From: Lepidodermella squamata
Lineage: Eukaryota; Animalia; Gastrotricha
Direction of reading: 5' to 3'
NCBI GenBank assembly: GCA_047495785.1
Contig: JBLDXI010000042.1
Location: forward strand, 3,906,001 to 3,970,000
Length of the DNA: 64,000 bases
Under the pieces are notes generated by a model that saw only the letters and a program-made list of their open reading frames with translations, did no database searches and was not told the origin of the DNA. The position numbers and the translations under genes were made by a program. Shown here in pieces: positions 1-11,495 of the stretch (position 1 is its first letter; every line of letters begins with the position of its first letter).

Positions 1-171
1 TGACACAACTTGTTTTAATAATAATAATAATTGTGTAATTTATATCCAGATCATAAACAATAATCGCAGAAAACATCACAACTAAAACACCCAGCTATTT
101 TCATATAAGATCAGTAATTACTTCGATTAATTTCGCTTCGAAAAATTAATTATGTGTTGAAAAAGTCTGCC

Positions 172-3100
172 TTAATTCGAAAGTTGGCGGTTTTGGATCG
201 AGTCAGCCACCATGCCGCCTCGACCGCCGTGCTGCGACTGGTAGACACCAGCCCCGCCGCCGCCTGGTTGCTGTGACGGCGGGATGCCCAAGGCCGCATT
301 TCCACCGGGATGCGCCGTTTGCAGCAGGTCATGCCACGCGCGGCGTAGACACTGTTTCAGCTCTAGGTAGGTCTGGATTAGCACGATGCGTTCGTCCGGC
401 GAGACCAGGCAAACTGGTTCTTGAACGCCGGCGTCGAGTTTGTTCAGCGACAGAACCACGTGACCCATGTCGATCCAAGGTTGACTGTCACTGGTCACCT
501 GAAATTAACGCAAAGTTTAATAAAAATTGTATAACCATTTCCAGTTCGACATGAGAGAGAAAATGTAGTGAAATACTTATTTAGGCCAATTTAGCTGAGG
601 AAAAGATTTGGCCAGGTGGATGAATAAGCCCAAAAGACGAAAATTAACTTATGGGTAACTAAACTAACTTTTGAAAACGCTAGGTTTATCCCCGAAGCTT
701 CGAGATGCTAGGGAGAAAAAACAATTAAGATTGAAATTCGGCAAATATATGCAACAGAATCCGGCTGAAATTCTCAAAACGAAACCAGTTTCCTTAGAAT
801 AAAAAACTATTCGAGCAACTAACTATTCAGGAGGCATTTAAAATCGCGAACTGCATCCTTTTTAGATATTGCTATTAAAAACTAATCTCGGTCATAGACC
901 CCTATTACTACTCCGAAAATTACCGCAGTCCAGAAATTGCGACCGCGAATATCCCCAAATCTGAGGTATTTCCACCTCATGACGCATGTCAAAGGATCAG
1001 AGAGGGCCGAACTAGCTTCGCAATTATGCCGTGGCAACACTTAGTTCGAAAGTGCGGTAGATCTTTTGTTAGGAGCTTTAAGGGGAAAAATAATAAAGAG
1101 TTGAGTGCCTTTCAATCAATCAAAATCAAATGCACGCAGCGGGTGCATGAAAGTACCAAGTGCGACATTTACGAATAATACTATGAGTTTAGACCAAGCT
1201 CGATTCACAAAAGAAATGATGCCGTAAATTTTATGATCAACTCATAGATATCAGAATCGTGTTATTACGACTTTCGTTTATGAGCCATCAAAAAAATTGG
1301 TATTCTACTACATAATTTCAAAGTTTCCTCATAAAATATCGATGTTTCTTCATGTCTTCTGAAAGGTATCAAAAAGTAAACAGAGAAACGATAGGCCAAC
1401 TGATGACCAGGAAAATTTAAAGTTTAATGACAGTTGAAATTAAATATGCAAATGGTAAACAGGAATAAAATAATCCGGAGAAATTGGGTCCAACCGGCTA
1501 ACATGACCAAACCAATTATCACCGGGATTTCCAAGTATTCTCTATAATGAATTCAGAATTCGAGGGAATCGCAAATAATTGATGAAAAATGCTCCTCGCA
1601 AGTTCAATTTTGAAAAAATGGGACATTTTTCTGCAAAATGCTGCAGACTGAAAAATTGGAGGCATGAAGCTCACCAAGATATACGGGAGAATGGTCCAAT
1701 CGATTAAACCTAACGATTTACCCAACTCCAAGATCGCAGGTTTCACCGGAATAAGCTGATATACTAAGCCACCCTGGGAAACTGGGAGTTTCATAAAGGG
1801 AAAAACTGGGCTCAAAATTGGCAAGGAAACTCCTAAAATAGTGTAATTGGATTTTGTAGCCTAAATTACTATGAAAAACAATTTAACGGAGTATAATTTA
1901 GCAGGACACAATCCACTCCCTAAACTATTAGTGTAGTAGTAAACATCTTTAATGTACAGTAATAGTCCAGGGCGGCGTAACTAAATAAGTTGCCAGACAG
2001 TCTCTTGGGACTTTTTCAAATAGCAAAACAAGCCCAGTAGGCTAAATATGCCAAAAATAGAGACAATTTAAGAAAAATCAATACCTGATGGAAGAGGTAG
2101 TCGCGGAACAATTTCAGCTGATAGCGATCGCCAGTTTCAGACCAGGTTGTGTCTTTGCCGAGGTGAGACCGGTCGCAAATCATGCCGATTTTGCAGACTA
2201 GTCGGAACAACCGACCATTGTGTATTTCCTTGCCCAGTTCATCCTCAAGATAGTCGTACTCTTTCAAAATAGCATCGAACTGCGCGAAAAATTTCGACCC
2301 GATGTAGCTGTAGAACTGTAAGTCGATAAATTGCATTAAAGTTAACAGAAAAATCAATATCTATCAACTCACTTGATCGACCCTGATGTTCTCGAAACAC
2401 AAGGCGTGCGCGAAATTATAGAATTGATCGGAATAGCTGCGCCGGACTTGCTCGAGTGCCTCGTCGCGGTTGTCGCTATTCACCGTCTGCCCGTACGCTA
2501 GACTGAGGACGATATTAGCAAATAGCCGCATATCAGCCAGACGTTCGTCATCGGTATGGCCGAGCGCGCCTTGAGGCGTCAACTGACTGCGCCCTTCCAC
2601 GAAATCCATCACCCCGATCCAGTTTATCCGCAACCGCGATTTCGAATAAACCAAAATTTTCGACATGAACAACGAACGGCACGCTAGGTTATTCGAATGG
2701 AGCGTGTATAACGCACTTGCGATTTGAATGATAAATGACCATAGCTGCGATTCTTTCAGTAGCGGCGTCGCAGAACCAGGTCCGCCGGTTTTTCGAGTTT
2801 TCTGAAGCCATTGCAGGTAACGAGGCAGCGTTTCAGCAAGAGGGTGGTAATCATATACGAGTACGAGGGAAGAGTCGCCGAAAGATCGCGAGATGAAAGC
2901 GTTTCTCAGCTGCGCTACGTTCGGGTGACGCATTTTCTTCCAAATGCTTTTCCATGCGTTGAAAGCTTCCGTGTTATTGGAGTTGAAATTGTGAATTCGG
3001 CATAGGCAGTACACTTGATGGTCGAATTTGTCGACCGCTTTATAACACGACGTTATTAGCCCCACCAATGATTGCGACATGTGGCTAGGCACGAGCTCCA

Positions 3101-4205
3101 GCACACATAAACCATGATAACGACCCTCAACTGTCGTTGGCAGGTCAGAAGGGGGAGGGATAGGGAATAAACCGCAATGTAAAGCTCGCTGCCTCCTCAA
3201 CATATCGTGCCTTATGCTGTAAGTCGCGGTATTAGTGCCCGTTGGAAAAAATCCGGGCAAAAAGTCTTCAGCAGCTAAATCGCGAACATGAGGCGCTTGG
3301 CCCTCGAAGGGCGGCAGAGCCATGTCGGTCAAATCGTGTTGGCTTATAAGGGCTGACATGCCGTTGTACGCGGCTTGTCGCTGCATTTCTTTGACGACAG
3401 CCGCGCTGCCGAACTGGGCGTTATTCGCCGCCATTTGCTGCTGGTGAGCAGCAGCAGCGTGCATCGCCATCTCCTCGTGAACACTCGACATGCCACTCAT
3501 ATCAGGCGCTCCTGGAGGCATTCCCATAGAAGGTGGTTGCCTGGAATTAGACATATTATTACCGAATGGTTGTTGCTGCTGGGGCATGAATTGATTTTGG
3601 TACTGGGGGTACCGCGCCATTTGTTGTTGCTGCTGTTGTTGCTGTGGCTGAGGCTGCTGCGGGGCTTGCATCCTTGAATACATAACAGGCGATACCCTTT
3701 GCTGAACGCTGTAGTTATTGAAATCCGCGGAACCAGTTTGCTGAAGGAGATGAACCGGAGGACGAATTCTCGAATCATTTGCTGGCATAAATTGAGCTGA
3801 AGCATGCGGTGTCGGTGGTGTACGAGGAAAAAACTCAGACGCTGCAGGATTTGGCAGCTGCTGTTGAACTTGCGACAACCGTAGCTGTTCGAAGGCCATT
3901 AACTCGGGAGAATTAGTTTGGCCGCCAGCCATGGGACCGTTGTAACTAACAGCACTGGGTCCCGCCTGGCCGAAGATAGGGGGTACTGCCGATAACATAA
4001 TTCGGTCCCTCATTGTTGGGTCAGGGAACATTTGATGGGGCGACGCGGATGTCATTTGACCAAGCTGCATGCTTCCGGGGTGTTGAGGCAATCCTTGGCC
4101 AGGGAAAAGTCTGTTAGCTGTGTTTGATGCGGGATGCTGCGGTAGGCCAACCTGACTGCTACCACCGGAGTTTAACGGTGCGAAAGAGGGAGCAGTCACG
4201 TTCAT
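172..4205 (-). CDS. PAN3: PAN2-PAN3 deadenylase subunit PAN3 (exons 4205-2373, 2315-2085, 498-172)
   Basis: Q/P-rich N-terminus with PAM2-like motif PNPAASEFFPR; pseudokinase domain (HPNVAQLRNAF..FGDSSLVLVYDYHP); NGRLFRLVCK..TWSETGDRYQLKLFRDYLFHQV and LNKLDAG C-terminal motifs; GT-AG introns join the three ORFs in frame. Confidence 0.95.
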
Positions 4206-5127
4206 AGAAAAATTACAATCATGTACAGTGAACCTATAGTTGGAAAGATAACATACATGATTGAAACATTTCGAAAAAAAGCCAAAATACGTTTCAAATA
4301 GGGGCGATTGATCTACCGTAAAATCAATATTAAAAGACAGAGTAGAGAGTTCTTATGAGGCATTGCCCCAATCCCTATTGTAAGCATGTATAATAAAAAA
4401 TAAAACCGAATAGCATGGCAGGGTGCCACGACACGTGAATTTCTCAAGCGGTAACCCGAAGCTCGAGGATCAAAACTGGAGCAACTTTCGTGGACATGCA
4501 AGTTTCGAGTAGAAAGTAGAAAGCACAACGCAAAATCCGCAATAGCATATCGCTAACGGCAAGGCATAGATGGCCCGCAATATCATAAATAGATCCTTAG
4601 CCCAATTTGCGAGTGTTGCCGCAGCGTTAACATGATTCTGGTAACAAGGTGCAAAAGGCTAAAGTTGGGAGCCTCGAATGAACCATGGTATCCGTCTCTT
4701 CATGCCACTCGCAAGGTGCGAGTTCAGCCTATGGAAAGATGACAGAAAGTCACAAAAATGTTAGATCGGCGGTTCAGTGAGCAGTGAATATATATTGTTT
4801 CCAATTCTACAAGACGTGGTGTTGGTCCAGAAGTCTTCTTAACCTTGCAATATTCGGCAACTCTCACCTTTCATTTTCTCTCGCAACTATTCGCTTTTCT
4901 TTTCCAATCAGCCATTCGACCTTCAGGAACATCGGGCCTGATTGATATATAAAATTAATTTTCTACATCAAATAATTAATTTTGTAGCATCATTGCTCTT
5001 GACAATTTAAGTTTTTCTGCCGCGAAATGGCGGGAAATGTTGTACTTTTTTCCCAAAGCTACAAAATGCCCCTTCTGAGCAGTTGCCTGGAAAATGCTGG
5101 AATTTTAGGGTCTGGTTTGACCCACTT

Positions 5128-5152
5128 TGTGTGTGTGTGTGTGTGTGTGTGT
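5128..5152. repeat. (GT)n microsatellite
   Basis: About 12 TG units read directly in the PAN3/UBX divergent intergenic region. Confidence 0.9.
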
Positions 5153-5573
5153 TTCCGCGGTCAGAGGGGCGAGCGCCGAGCTAAGACTTTCCGATACTGA
5201 AACAGGAGAATTGTCTCAATTCTAGATGCAGTGTACCCGAAGAAGGCAGGCCAGGGAATCTAGACTGCGAGCGAGCGATACTTATTTTTAGGGAGTTTAG
5301 GAATAGGAGAATGACAGGGCTAAGTATATGCGATAAGATCAGAAATTGGCCCACTGTAGTTTTCATACTATTTTGCCGCTGTACGTAGAAATTCAACTAA
5401 ATTCGACGACATTCTAGTTGAATTATTGATTTTCTACCAAATAGTTGATTCAAATTCAATCCGAGCCATTTGATGGAACAAAAATTCACCAGACACTGTG
5501 CCTAATTATTTCCATTTTGCAATTTTCTAGGTTTGTTTTGCATTTGCGCGATGTGTTGACTTCATTGAGTATC

Positions 5574-6141
5574 ATGCCGCAGTACTCTGGTAAGATTCAA
5601 TCGTATTGGTCGGAGCTGTTGTGAATTGTTCGTTTTAGATGGGCGATCATCGCGCATAGAATCGCCTGATTCTGGTCGCGCTTCAGTATTATCAAAGTAT
5701 AGCAGTCCACTTCCGCCAATCAAGCCTGGGAGGGGCGGGCAACCAGAACTTAAGCCACCAGCTACAGGGGCTACTTCGAATGGACGGGCTGTAACGAATG
5801 TAGCAGCTAAATTCAGCGTCGGCGGCAGTGGAACTCTCAGCAAAACCCCAACTGCTACGCCTAAACCTCCCGAGAAGCCGAAGTCTCGTCCGACACGATC
5901 TGACATTGTTGCTGCTTTAGAAATCGCAATCAAGCTTCCAAACGGCACCAGAATTATCGGAACCTTCAAAGAATCTGATCCTTTATCTGCGATTAAAGAT
6001 TACGCCCAATCGAAATATGGCCAGTCTTTGACCGATTTCGATTTAGCTGAAACTCCCTCGAAGATTTTTTCAAACCCTTCTCAGCGTCTGCGTGGAATTA
6101 AAATTCAAAACAAGCAACTGCTTTATCTCATCGAACGTTGA
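5574..6141 (+). CDS. UBX-domain protein, UBXN10-like (exons 5574-5589, 5639-6141)
   Basis: C-terminal UBX-like domain (IAIKLPNG.RI..TFKESDPLSAI..Y) preceded by SVLSKYSSPLPPI, which resembles the UBXN10 LNKYPVLPSI motif; a 49-bp GT-AG intron puts ATG 5574 in frame. Confidence 0.75.
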
Positions 6142-6291
6142 CTTTACTCATCATCTGTGATATTTTACTACCCGACCACTGATATTATGTGTGATTTTAT
6201 TTCTGATACTCCGTTGTTACCGTGAATGCCTTGATTTTTTAATAAATTACAACCTTGCATTAATTTACCTTTCAGTGTTTAAATTGTAATC

Positions 6292-7333
6292 ATGTCTAAG
6301 GAAGGCGAGGTTCCAATGGGTCTCAAGTTCGCTTTTGGCGGCGGCTCTGGGTAAGCCAATCTAATTTTCTAGTAAACTGGTGAATATTTTGTTGCCCATC
6401 AGGATGCTGGCGTCGTGCTTCGTTCATCCTATGGACGTTCTGAAGAATCGAATGCAGATGCAAGGCGAAGGAAGCAGATCTCGCGAATACAAAACATCAT
6501 TGCACGTCTTAGCTGCAGTTGTTCGTAACGAAGGCGTCATGGCTGCTTACTCAGGCCTTAGCGCAGGTCTTTTACGCCAAGCTACTTACGCTACTGTTAG
6601 ATTGGGAACATACACAATGCTCTTTGAGAAATTTTCTACAAAAACACCTGAAGGCAAAACTAAACCACCCTCGTTCCTGGAGAAAACGTTAATAGCTATG
6701 GCAGCTGGTTCTTCCGGGGCATTTTTCGGCACTCCAGCTGAAGTATGTCTCGTTAGAATGACCATCGATGGAAAATTGCCGCCGGAGAAGCGGAGAAATT
6801 ACCGTAATGTCTTTCACGCTTTGTACCGAGTTGCCTCAGAGGAAGGTCCTCTTGCAGTTTTTCGAGTATGTTTAACCTAAATCGAGTGAGAGGAGCAATT
6901 CTATTTAATATCTTAGGGCGTTGGACCTACAATTATTCGAGCTATGGTCACAAACGTTGCTCAGCTCGCTTCGTATTCACAAGCGAAAGAAATGATTCTA
7001 TCAACCGGTTACTTCAGCGATAATATTGTCACTCATTTCGGAGCCGGTATGCTGAGCGGTTTCCTCACCGCTTTCGCCTCGCTCCCAGTTGACATTGCTA
7101 AAACTCGAGTGCAAAATATGAAAATCATCGACGGCAAGCCTGAATACAGAGGCATGATGGATGTCATCCTTCGCGTGGTCAAGAATGAGGGAGTCGTCAG
7201 TTTATGGAAGGGATTCACGCCTTATTATCTTCGCATCGGACCTCACACTGTTCTTACTCTGATTTTCTTGGAACAGGTCAATGGACTTTACGCTAAATAT
7301 GTTTTGGGTAAAGATCGTGTTGGAGGACTCTGA
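6292..7333 (+). CDS. SLC25A11: Mitochondrial 2-oxoglutarate/malate carrier (exons 6292-6350, 6403-6865, 6917-7333)
   Basis: Three carrier repeats with PxDxxK-type signatures (HPMDVLKNRMQ, TPAEVCLVRM, LPVDIAKTRVQ); GLSAGLLRQATY and GFTPYYLRIGPHTVLT are typical of the oxoglutarate carrier. Confidence 0.93.
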
Positions 7334-9030
7334 GAATTGAACCACGAACTATGACCAATAATTTGTGTTAAATATTGCATATTTTTCGCGCCGGTTCCCT
7401 AATTTTGCATTATTGATTGAAGTATTATTGAGATGGCAATCCTAACCGCTTTAGCCATAGTTCACTTTCGACGAGCTCCTGGTGTTGCCGCATAATAATA
7501 TTTCCTTTAGCGTTTTGCGAAACCATATTGATGTTGTCTTTCCGAAATTTAGTGTAACTAATGTGCTCAGGTTGGTGCTAGCCTGACGAAGTTATGTTAC
7601 AAATTGCTCGTTGACACAATACTTATTTGTTGATGATTTGAAGCTATAAAGCAATGAATTTGGTTGTAAAACCTCAACGAAACTAGTAAAAGAGCGGTCT
7701 CAAATCATTTTTTTATTGAATCCCTTGATGTTGGTTTTCTGCGATCACCAGCAATGCCGGTCGCATGGTTCGGACCGTGATAATTGAGGATCACTGCCTT
7801 CAACTCGCTAACTGTGCGCTTTCAATTGTTGGGGAATCTTTCATATCGAAAAAAGCTTTCCAAAAATTGATAGCTCAGACATTGGTGGTGAAGTAATTTG
7901 GCCTCGTTAAAACTTCGCGAAGACCTCGAAGCTGTTTTATGAGTGATAGGTAGAAATAGAGAAACTTCCATCAAAATCCGTAAATTCGTAATATGCGATT
8001 TGGAAATTATGCGAAATGAAAGGGTTTCATCCGTGGAATTTCTGCCTTACAGCCGTCGAATTACCTTCGTTATTTATAATAGCGTCCACTGTAATAATTG
8101 ACCTTCGATTAACTGCCCCAATGGTTAATTTTGCGGGGCGAAATCCGAAAAAGGAGGAAAGGACGAAAACAATGTGTTATATTGTCTTTTGCCCTGAACG
8201 CTATCTAGAGGGTCAAAAATTTTTCTTCAGGATTTGATTCCCGCATATCCAAATGGTCTGCTCAATGAACATTTTTTCCTCGCGAGTCCAAAAATTGATT
8301 TGAAGACTCGATGGTCTTGAAGTTACCCATTTGGCGTCTCAAAGTTCAAAGTTCATCCACGGATCTCCTATGCCATCCCAAGGCAATTGACAAGTTTCCA
8401 CAAAATAATATCTGGCGCGGGTGCTTCCATCGCGATCATAGAACATAGGAGATTGGAGATAAATTTACAGATACTTGTTCATTTAAGAAAGCTGTTACAA
8501 GGAATTTGGTAGCTGGTGCTGCACTTGAACTCACTCTAATTGAGATTGTTTTAGTTTCGATTTCACACCTAAGTTCGGTCGATAAATCATTCGCAAATTT
8601 TTCGCTCAACCACGCATAAGAATACGTTATACATATTACCGAGGGATTCCTCGCATCATCGAAATTCCTCAAAGCTCAAAGTTGCATTGAATTGAATTCC
8701 GCGGATAAATCCAAGCACGTGCTGGCGTCTTGAAAAACTGATTTGCGAAGCATGTGCCAGCTCTATAGTTAAAATTGCCACACTTTCGGCGCCAGGTGTA
8801 GTGAGAAAAAGGTGGTAAAAAGGACTAAAGCAAGAATCAAGCAGAAAAACCGAACGATTGAACGGCGACGCGAGAAGCGAGAGGTGACTAAAACTTTAAA
8901 CGTAAAAATGTACTGCGGCTAAAATAAATGTTAGATGCTGCAAAATATAACCAAAAGATTAAAATACTACATCAGTTTTCTGAATTTTTGTATTTTAATG
9001 TAAAAGCTATTATTGACACAATTTTTCTTT

Positions 9031-9104
9031 AACTTATCATCCCAAGCCCTAACTTATCATCCCAAGCCCTGTTAAATAACTTATCATCCCAAGCCCTGTT
9101 AAAT
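9031..9104. repeat. Short tandem repeat: three copies of AACTTATCATCCCAAGCCCT, two followed by GTTAAAT
   Basis: Directly visible; a (CCAT)n tract follows at about 9130-9150. Confidence 0.85.
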
Positions 9105-11495
9105 CACCAGAAATGGTGTCAGGGTCTAACATCCATCCATCCATCCATCCAACTGAGTCATCGATCTCCGGGCATTTCGGGAGATGCCCGCATTTTCGCG
9201 GCATCTGCCTTCTGCCTTGCTGGCCTCTGGCCTTCTACCTTCTACCTGGGTCATCGATCATCGGTATTTGCTATGTGCAGAATGCATCCAGCAGCTGAAG
9301 ATATATTGTGTGATCAACTTTCATCTCGTCTATAAATCTTATCCTTAAATGTAGATGGTTGACGATGATTAGTAAGTATAAATCCTAGTGTTGAGCGTGT
9401 CGCATGTCGCACATTTTTATTGGAGCGGAATGGTAGCATTATTGCTTGCCGCTATTTGATCGCCTGCAGTGACTGGCTGGTCTTACTGCTTACTGCGTGG
9501 GAAACGGAATCATTTGTCATGGTTATCTTTACTGTCTGCTGTAATAGCTAATAAGCTAATCCGCCTGATCATGTAAGATTCTTCCAGTCAAAAGTACTCT
9601 CGTTGTTTGATGTTACAACTAAGGGAAAATTCGTATTATGATCTTTCTTCTGGCTTAATAATGTTAAATTCGTGACTTTGCTCACATATCTCTTGATATC
9701 TGGAATCGACATTAGCGGATATAGTTAGTAATGAGGATGCACGATCACCTCTAGACTCCGCATAATGCAGAATAGAGAATAGACGCTGATAGCGCCTTTT
9801 CCTAGGCAACCACGAAGGACCCTTAAACTGTCGTGTTTTTAAAGTAAAAATGTCAAGTTTTGAAGGACTGCATACTGAGTTATTTTCGAGCTCAACTCAT
9901 TTTATGGCGAGTGACGAGTTATCACTGCTTCCATTGTGGGAATAATTAGCTTTGCAGTTTCATGGCAATAGATGAGGCGACAACTAGCAAAAGATGACGA
10001 ATAACTAACTTCTAGACATGATAACATCCCTCTGAGACTCACCTACACTTCCACGCCTTGTCACTTGTCATGCTACTCAACATTCGATCGCCGTCTGTAC
10101 TACATCTTGCCCGCGCTTGTTCTTTTTCATGTGTCCGATCTTGATGGGATCACTGTTTAAAATCTGGTGTCTATATCCTTCTTCGTTTTTCTCGAAATTC
10201 AGCAGCTCGGTCAAATGATGAGTACAGGCATTAGGCATGAGATATGACGAATGGAGCTAGACACAATCAAAGTTAGGCTTAGCATTAATGCCCGGTGCCC
10301 TTTTATTGCTGTTGTCCTTGCCCTAGCCAATTATTCCATTCTTGATCTGCTATTAATATGTTCGCTACCCATTATTACATTCTGAAGCTAGTCCTTTTGC
10401 AATTCGGGATTTGACAATATGAAAATCGTCTTTTTACATCAACAATTAACGTTTGCGTCATTATGCTGTACATAATTCATCTTACTTGAATTCTGCATTG
10501 TTGCTCTTTTAGTTGATGGCCTTTTTTGCCGGCTTGCAAGCTGTAGTAAAATTATAGATGCTATCGAGAACGAATTAGCAGTTAATTTTTAGGCAAATTA
10601 TTAAAGAATCTACCAATATTTGCTGAGCAATTCATTCGCATCAATTTTTTTTAGCCGAGATGAACCCTTCTATGCAAACCTTTCTATTCTCTCTAGTCAT
10701 AATTTCGTTGAACCTGCATAGCAAGCATTTATTCCGTGGCTTTGATCTGTTTCACTTCATGCATCACTTCCGCCATTGACTGCGGTCTGTATCTAGCTTT
10801 ACATCTCATCGGCATTATACAAAAACGTTTGCTTTGATGTTATTTGATCCGGCATGTATTATACACGTCGGATCTTGGCCTTTTCGATCACCATCAGAAC
10901 TCAGTAGCATCATTAAACAATGAAAGATAAATCTTATGCTGGTTTTTAGAGTATATCTAAAATGCTATGTTTGCTGCATAAAAATTACCCCATTAAGTAT
11001 TACAGGAGCGTACTGATTACGATTCCGGTTAATGTCGATTGCTAATCAAAATAAATAAGTAGCTGAACGTAGTTTTACGCCCCCACCGATTTCGAGAAAT
11101 TTTCCGGTTGCGTATGCTTATTTATATTTAATCATATTTTACGACGTTATATACTGCGAAAAAAGGATTACACATCGATTGATTTTGCGCTGCCATTTCG
11201 GTCGCGACTAATGCCATTTGTAGCGATAGTTACAGTTTTGCCGATAAATATTTTGCAATACTCATGGCCCTTGGCCCCAAAACAGAATAAATCAATTTGC
11301 TGCGCCGTTTTAGCGGATGCAGTCAGTAGTCTTCTTCAATTTATTCGATCGTATCACCACTTGAAATATTTTTTCACTGGCCCACGAGCGGAACACTTCA
11401 TCGTAAAATATTAACGCTGCATTTTTAATTCGTTTTTATAATATAGAATCGGCTTTTCGCATGATTATGTAATCTGTAACCCGAGAAGTACGACT

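Noticed and set aside
4313-4950. Small spliced gene upstream of PAN3
   Set aside because: Splice-like signals exist but I could not build a consistent ORF; may be PAN3 5' UTR exons.
9031-9104. Direct repeats as a possible CRISPR array
   Set aside because: No unique spacers, eukaryotic context and no cas genes; it is a simple tandem duplication.
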